Part shown: positions 15,653-20,187 of the stretch, piece after piece | Position numbering within the stretch: the first letter of the stretch is position 1 | How the letters are laid out: every line of letters starts with the position of its first letter | IMG/VR virus record: IMGVR_UViG_3300014348_000112 | Location: 80,820-101,006 of that record | Reading direction: 5' to 3' (one strand) | DNA: 20,187 bases | Source of the DNA: a virus | Notes under the pieces: generated by a model | Seen by the model: the letters and a program-made list of their open reading frames with translations, nothing else | What the model was told of the DNA's origin: nothing | Databases searched by the model: none | Program-made: the position numbers and the translations under genes

Positions 15653-16630
15653 TCACGCGGCCCGGTAGTAGGCAATAACCTGGCGCAGCGTCGCGTCCAG
15701 CCCGTGCTCAGGCCGCCAGCCGATGGCCGCCTCGATCTTGGTCGTGTCCGGCACCCGGCGCTGCATGTCCTCGAAGCCGGCGTCAGCAAACGCCTCCCCG
15801 TAGGGCACCAGCTCAATCGGGCTGTTGGAGCCGGCCAGAGCGCGCACCCAGTGGGCCAGGTCCAGGATCGTGATCTCCTCGGTCGAGCCGATGTTGAAGA
15901 CCTGGCCCACGGCTCCCGGCGCATAGGCCAGGCCGGCGATGGCGCGCGCCGCGTCCAGCACATTGCAGAAGCAGCGCGACTGCATCCCGTCGCCGTAAAC
16001 CGTCAACGGCTGGCCGGCCAGCGCCTGCTGCACAAAGCGCGGCACCACCATGCCGTACTGGCCGCTTTGGCGCGGGCCGACGGTGTTGAACAGGCGGAAG
16101 ACTACCGCCGGCAGGCCGTACTCCCGGTGATAGGCCAGCGCCAGGAACTCGTCCACCATCTTGGACGCAGCGTAGGCCCAGCGGCTGCGCGCCGTAGGCC
16201 CCAGCAGCGCGTCGTCGTCCTCGCTGTAGGGCACGCGCGCGCTCTTGCCGTAGACCTCCGACGTGGAGGCCACCAGCACCTTGGCCCGGTAGCGCAGGGC
16301 GGCCTTCAGCACCGCCTCCGTGCCCATGACGTTGTTCTCGATGGTGTGGACCGGGCGCTGGAGGATCAACTGCACGCCGACCGAGGCGGCCAGGTGGAAG
16401 ATCACGTCGCACTGGCTGGCCAGCCGGTCCAGCACCGCCGCGTTGGCGATGGTCTCGACCACCACCTGAAACTGCTCACGGCCGGCCAGGTCGACCAGGT
16501 GCTGGACGTTGGCCAGGCTGCCGGTGGACAGGTCGTCGATGGCCGTGACGCGCCAGCCGCGGTCGAGCAGCAGGCCGGCCAGGTGGGAGCCGATGAAGCC
16601 GGCGCCGCCGGTGATGAGGGCGTGTTGCAT
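15653..16630 (-). CDS. NAD-dependent epimerase/dehydratase (extended SDR, NDP-sugar modifying)
   Basis: ITGGAGFIG, FHLAA, STSEVYG, YAASK, RLFNTVGPRQ, GDGMQSRCF. Confidence 0.95.
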   Translation of the reverse strand: MQHALITGGAGFIGSHLAGLLLDRGWRVTAIDDLSTGSLANVQHLVDLAGREQFQVVVETIANAAVLDRLASQCDVIFHLAASVGVQLILQRPVHTIENNVMGTEAVLKAALRYRAKVLVASTSEVYGKSARVPYSEDDDALLGPTARSRWAYAASKMVDEFLALAYHREYGLPAVVFRLFNTVGPRQSGQYGMVVPRFVQQALAGQPLTVYGDGMQSRCFCNVLDAARAIAGLAYAPGAVGQVFNIGSTEEITILDLAHWVRALAGSNSPIELVPYGEAFADAGFEDMQRRVPDTTKIEAAIGWRPEHGLDATLRQVIAYYRAA

Positions 16631-16633
16631 GGA

Positions 16634-16999
16634 CTAGTGCTCCTCCGCGCCGTTGCTGTGGTCCCACGGCGCGTAGACCAGCCGCCGGCCGCCGCCCTTG
16701 ATCGTCTCCTGGCGCACCTGCACCAGCAGGCCCAGGCGCTCCAATTCGGCCAGCCGGTTGCAGAGCGCGGCCGCGCTGGTGGTGGGGTAGAGCGGTCGCA
16801 GGTCGGCGCTGCCCACCGTCCCCCCGGCGCGCGCCAGCCGCATCGCCTCGGCCAGCGCCGGCGACAGCCGCGCCTCCTGGAGGCCCAGCCACACGAAGCG
16901 CGGGTCGTTGCCGGCGTCCAGTCCCCGCACAGCGTCCACCACCGGCTGCCCGCCGACGGCGAACACCAACAGCTCAGCGTAGTCGGGTTGTTCTGTCAT
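16634..16999 (-). CDS. winged-helix DNA-binding protein (121 aa)
   Basis: GGAG RBS before ATG at 16999; SAAALCNRLAELERLGLL...GGGRRLVY. Confidence 0.65.
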   Translation of the reverse strand: MTEQPDYAELLVFAVGGQPVVDAVRGLDAGNDPRFVWLGLQEARLSPALAEAMRLARAGGTVGSADLRPLYPTTSAAALCNRLAELERLGLLVQVRQETIKGGGRRLVYAPWDHSNGAEEH

Positions 17000-17114
17000 A
17001 GTTACTCTCCAATCGCCCCGCAACGTGCGGACTTGAACGCTGCGCTCCCGGCCGGCCAGCAGGATGACCGCCTTCCAGTCGCTCAGGAAGCGCAACAGCA
17101 GGGCCGGCTTGGGG

Positions 17115-17321
17115 TCACAGCATAAACCCTTTCCCGCTGGCCTCTGCCTTGGCCTCGACCTCGCACAGGTAGGCTTGCAGCTCAGCCACCAGCGCCAGGA
17201 CGCTCACCTGCTTGGGCCGGCCGCAGCGGGGACAAACGATGGTGATCGTCGCCCCGTCGCACTTGGCCAGCAGCTTGCCGCAGCCGTTGCCGGCGCTGTC
17301 CTGGCAGCGGATGTCGGACAC
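17115..17321 (-). CDS. com: Mu Com-like zinc-finger regulator (68 aa)
   Basis: DIRC.......CGKLLAK......I.CPRCG signature. Confidence 0.75.
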   Translation of the reverse strand: MSDIRCQDSAGNGCGKLLAKCDGATITIVCPRCGRPKQVSVLALVAELQAYLCEVEAKAEASGKGFML

Positions 17322-17322
17322 A

Positions 17323-17523
17323 TTACAACCTGGTCGCCCAGAGCGCCGGGCGCGCGCCAGCCAACTCCGCGCGGATGCCGGCCAGGGCGGTCGTCGTAGC
17401 CTGTACCGCCGGCAGCGGGATGCCGTCGTCCAGGGCCTGCTGGCGGTAGTAGTCCAACAGCCAAAGCACGCAGCGCTCGGCGTCGGCCCGGTTGGGTTCG
17501 CGGGCGGTGATGAGGATGGTCAT
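17323..17523 (-). CDS. hypothetical protein (66 aa)
   Basis: Stop abuts the com start; no homology recognised. Confidence 0.5.
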   Translation of the reverse strand: MTILITAREPNRADAERCVLWLLDYYRQQALDDGIPLPAVQATTTALAGIRAELAGARPALWATRL

Positions 17524-17643
17524 AGGTTAATGTGCATCCCGTGGAACTGGTTTGATGTATTTCGCCATACCCTTTGTGTCTATAATAGGTGAAACAGCTT
17601 CTGCGACGAATTTAGTGTACAATTGGCGCTCCACCCGTCCCGC

Positions 17644-18381
17644 CTATTTGCGTACCACGTAACGCACGTTGTTCCAGTCGTCGCTGCGCACGTAGTAGAC
17701 CCGCACTTCGCCGCTGCTCAAGTGCTCAGCGCGCTGAGCCGTGTAGTCCTGCCCAGTCCACTGCACCTTGAACTCGCCAGAGTTGGGCACGAACCCATCG
17801 GCGAAGATGCGTTTCTGCAGGGCAGCGCCCGGGTTGAATTCGATCACCTGCTTGCGTTGGCCGTGCCAAACGAGGGCATCATCCAACTTGCCAAAGATCG
17901 GCTCCACATCCTCTAGCTGCCAGACGCCATGCAATGGGCCTCGGTGATTGGTGCCACCCTTCATGCCAGTACCAGACAAACAATCAGACGGAGCGCTGGA
18001 CAACACCCAAAGGTGATACCACGGTCCATAGGCGCTGCCTAGGCCAAGGCCGTGCATTCCATCCGAGGCCGTGCGCTTGACAACGCCACGATCTGCCCAG
18101 CGATTATCATAGCCCGTCAGGTTGTCGAAAGTTGGCTCGTTGCCTGGACTGTCCAGACTCGGCCAAGTCATCACCACCGGTTGATTATCCACCGGCATGT
18201 TGTTCTTGCCGCGAACTTCAGCCTTGACCAACGCAGGGCCTTCCGTGCAGAAGATTGCTTGCAAGCGCCAAACTTCCTTGGCATTGCCAATCTTGGCCGG
18301 CAATACGACGCAGCCATCATATGTTTGCGCCAGCCAAGTCAGGCTGCGCTCGGTTCCGTCAACATCAAATACACGTGTCAT
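17644..18381 (-). CDS. hypothetical cell-envelope/lysis-associated protein sharing C-terminal domain with endolysin (245 aa)
   Basis: AGGAG RBS before ATG at 18381; C-terminal QVIEFNPGAAL...GFVPNSGE. Confidence 0.75.
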   Translation of the reverse strand: MTRVFDVDGTERSLTWLAQTYDGCVVLPAKIGNAKEVWRLQAIFCTEGPALVKAEVRGKNNMPVDNQPVVMTWPSLDSPGNEPTFDNLTGYDNRWADRGVVKRTASDGMHGLGLGSAYGPWYHLWVLSSAPSDCLSGTGMKGGTNHRGPLHGVWQLEDVEPIFGKLDDALVWHGQRKQVIEFNPGAALQKRIFADGFVPNSGEFKVQWTGQDYTAQRAEHLSSGEVRVYYVRSDDWNNVRYVVRK

Positions 18382-18391
18382 CGTTTGTCTC

Positions 18392-20041
18392 CTATGGTTT
18401 GTTGACTTGCCTGACGACCCACTGTCCGTCAGGAGTAAGGTTGGTGGCAAAGAAGGCGACCTCATGGCCGTCAGCGGGGCGATATCCCAGCTGAGTTACC
18501 CCCTGCCACGTGCTTCCCGCGCGTACATCCGTCTCGTTGCCGATGGGTGTGTAGCCCGCCTGACGCATGGCAATCTCGATGGCTGAGACAGGGTTGGGCG
18601 AGATGACCTGTGCAGTCTTGGCGACTGCCCAGATCAGCGAACTGCTGGCGTCGGGACTGTTCAACCAAGGCAGGACAGCGGCCAGTTTGTCGCCAGGGCA
18701 CGAGGTCTGGTTGCCCGGCACATCGCGGTGGCCCGCCACCGGCAAGGGCGCAGCAGTCCAAGTGGCCCAGCGCCGTGCTGTCTGAAGGACCCGGCGCAGC
18801 ACGTCCACTTCCTCGACGGTCGGTTCTTCACGGACGAAGCTGCCGGCCAGGCAGACGGCGAGGCCGCGGTCGTTGCCAATCGTGTGGGCGTGATAGCTGC
18901 GCGTCCGCGGGTCGTTGAGCAGTGAGACCATCACCTTGCCACCAAATGAGCGCACGCCGATGTGATAGCCGATCCCCGGCCAGCCGTTGCTGTTGACGTG
19001 GTATTGCGCCACGCTCTGCCACGTTGCCGCCTTCGATGCCTCGGTGTGGTGCAGAACAATGCGGTCGATGGCTGAAAGCGCCCGCTCGTGATAGACCAGT
19101 GTCGCATGGCGAGGCAGCGACCTGGATAGGTCCTCGTAGTCGGCGCCGAACTCTGCCCTGAGCAGTTCTCCCAGCGGGGGCGGCGCGCTGGGTGCGGTCG
19201 GCTCATACGAGCCACCCCGCGCTTGAATGTGTGCATTGATCATGTCGTTCATCTCCCTGTCCACTTCGAAGTCCTCCCAGCCCATGGGGCCGGCCGTGAA
19301 GATGGTGGCCGTCAACACGTAGGGGTCTTTTGCCAACTCGGCATCGAACATGGCCAACTGCTCCATGTAGTGCGCCCGATCTCGGCAGAACGTCCTCCAG
19401 CCCCTCTTGGGCATATCGATCACTCCGCCATCCACACCACATTCGGTGATCAGCAGTGGGGGCAGCACGATGCCCGCTTCAATGGCATAGCGCGCGTTCA
19501 GGCGATAGCGAAAAGCGTGCCATTCGGTCATGCCACTTTCCAAATGCGGATAGTCCAACACCCAGTAGCAGTGCTGAGACCAGTAGTCGCAGGCCGCCAA
19601 CCCACGGGCGATTTCCTGAAAACAGGCTCTGCGCTGCGCCTCGTCGCCGCCCGGATTGCCCTCGCTCAGGTTGCCGCCCACAAGCTGCAACCCGGCGCCG
19701 TGCATCAGCTCGGCCAGGCGGATCGTGAACTCGCTCAGCTGGCGGCAAAACGCCAGATCGGCTACCGGCTGCGGCTCGTTGGGCGCCTCCCAAATGCGGA
19801 TGTATGGCGCGCGGGCGAATGTGGGCTGGCAGAAGCCGAACCATGCCTCAGCGCCGGCCGCCCCGCGCCTAACCAAGTCATTGCTGTCATTGTCGGGCAT
19901 GTACACCCGCCCAATGATCTGCTTTCCCGGCCAACGATTCTCGCTGGGCGGATCCATGACCTTGATCCAGCGCGCTGCGCTGCTGTTACCATCGGCCCAG
20001 TTGGGGTGGGCCTGTAAGTGCAACGACAGTTTACTTGTCAT
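18392..20041 (-). CDS. endolysin: GH-A-like TIM barrel + N-acetylmuramoyl-L-alanine amidase (Amidase_2) + C-terminal domain
   Basis: WEAPNEP and LITECG (acid/base and nucleophile pattern); IVLHHT...GWPGIGYH...YHA...GHRD...TSCPG. Confidence 0.85.
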   Translation of the reverse strand: MTSKLSLHLQAHPNWADGNSSAARWIKVMDPPSENRWPGKQIIGRVYMPDNDSNDLVRRGAAGAEAWFGFCQPTFARAPYIRIWEAPNEPQPVADLAFCRQLSEFTIRLAELMHGAGLQLVGGNLSEGNPGGDEAQRRACFQEIARGLAACDYWSQHCYWVLDYPHLESGMTEWHAFRYRLNARYAIEAGIVLPPLLITECGVDGGVIDMPKRGWRTFCRDRAHYMEQLAMFDAELAKDPYVLTATIFTAGPMGWEDFEVDREMNDMINAHIQARGGSYEPTAPSAPPPLGELLRAEFGADYEDLSRSLPRHATLVYHERALSAIDRIVLHHTEASKAATWQSVAQYHVNSNGWPGIGYHIGVRSFGGKVMVSLLNDPRTRSYHAHTIGNDRGLAVCLAGSFVREEPTVEEVDVLRRVLQTARRWATWTAAPLPVAGHRDVPGNQTSCPGDKLAAVLPWLNSPDASSSLIWAVAKTAQVISPNPVSAIEIAMRQAGYTPIGNETDVRAGSTWQGVTQLGYRPADGHEVAFFATNLTPDGQWVVRQVNKP

Positions 20042-20059
20042 GCTGTTTCTTCTCCTTCT

Positions 20060-20187
20060 TCATATCCAACTCAGCTTGCACTCAGCACTGAACCTGCGTC
20101 GTTTGGCCTTCGGCACGACTTCCGGGTTTGACTGTACTACCAGTGAGTGGCCGTTCAGTGATCCTTGACCGGTTGCTTGTGTGACAT
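20060..20187 (-). pseudogene. IS3-family transposase orfA N-terminal remnant
   Basis: Frame reads ...SNPEVVPKAKRRRFSAECKL-SWI*, matching the PEV...KRRRF(S/T)AEYKL start of IS3-type OrfA, then truncated. Confidence 0.6.

Noticed and set aside
15704-17125. 473-aa plus-strand ORF (likewise 7283..8284 minus and 19223..20017 plus)
   Set aside because: Shadow frames opposite clearly recognisable genes

Overview
High-GC tailed-phage (or prophage) segment, with a host most plausibly in Chloroflexota (weak inference from the lysin C-terminal domains and lipoprotein style). Left: an ORF of at least 894 aa on the minus strand (<1..2684, absent from the ORF track because it runs off the window). It is an HK97-like portal with a long C-terminal extension punctuated by two 'EK-x-(F/Y)xPxQPRxPAGxxxGGQW' motifs. 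Its promoter is followed by a leader carrying a TTGAGCGCC tandem repeat and an intrinsic terminator. Middle (2.86-15.6 kb, plus strand): an early-type array of about 35 mostly small genes driven by four related sigma70 promoters that share a 14-bp box. It includes an HsdM-like protein lacking motif IV, an RHH regulator, a DUF6717-like protein, a lipoprotein, and a ~600-nt structured non-coding island holding a hammerhead-like fold and a tRNA-like RNA with an expanded anticodon arm. Right (minus strand): an IS3 orfA remnant, a GH-A + Amidase_2 endolysin, a second protein sharing its C-terminal domain, a Com-like zinc finger, a wHTH protein and an NAD-dependent sugar epimerase/dehydratase. All calls are by eye; no searches were run.
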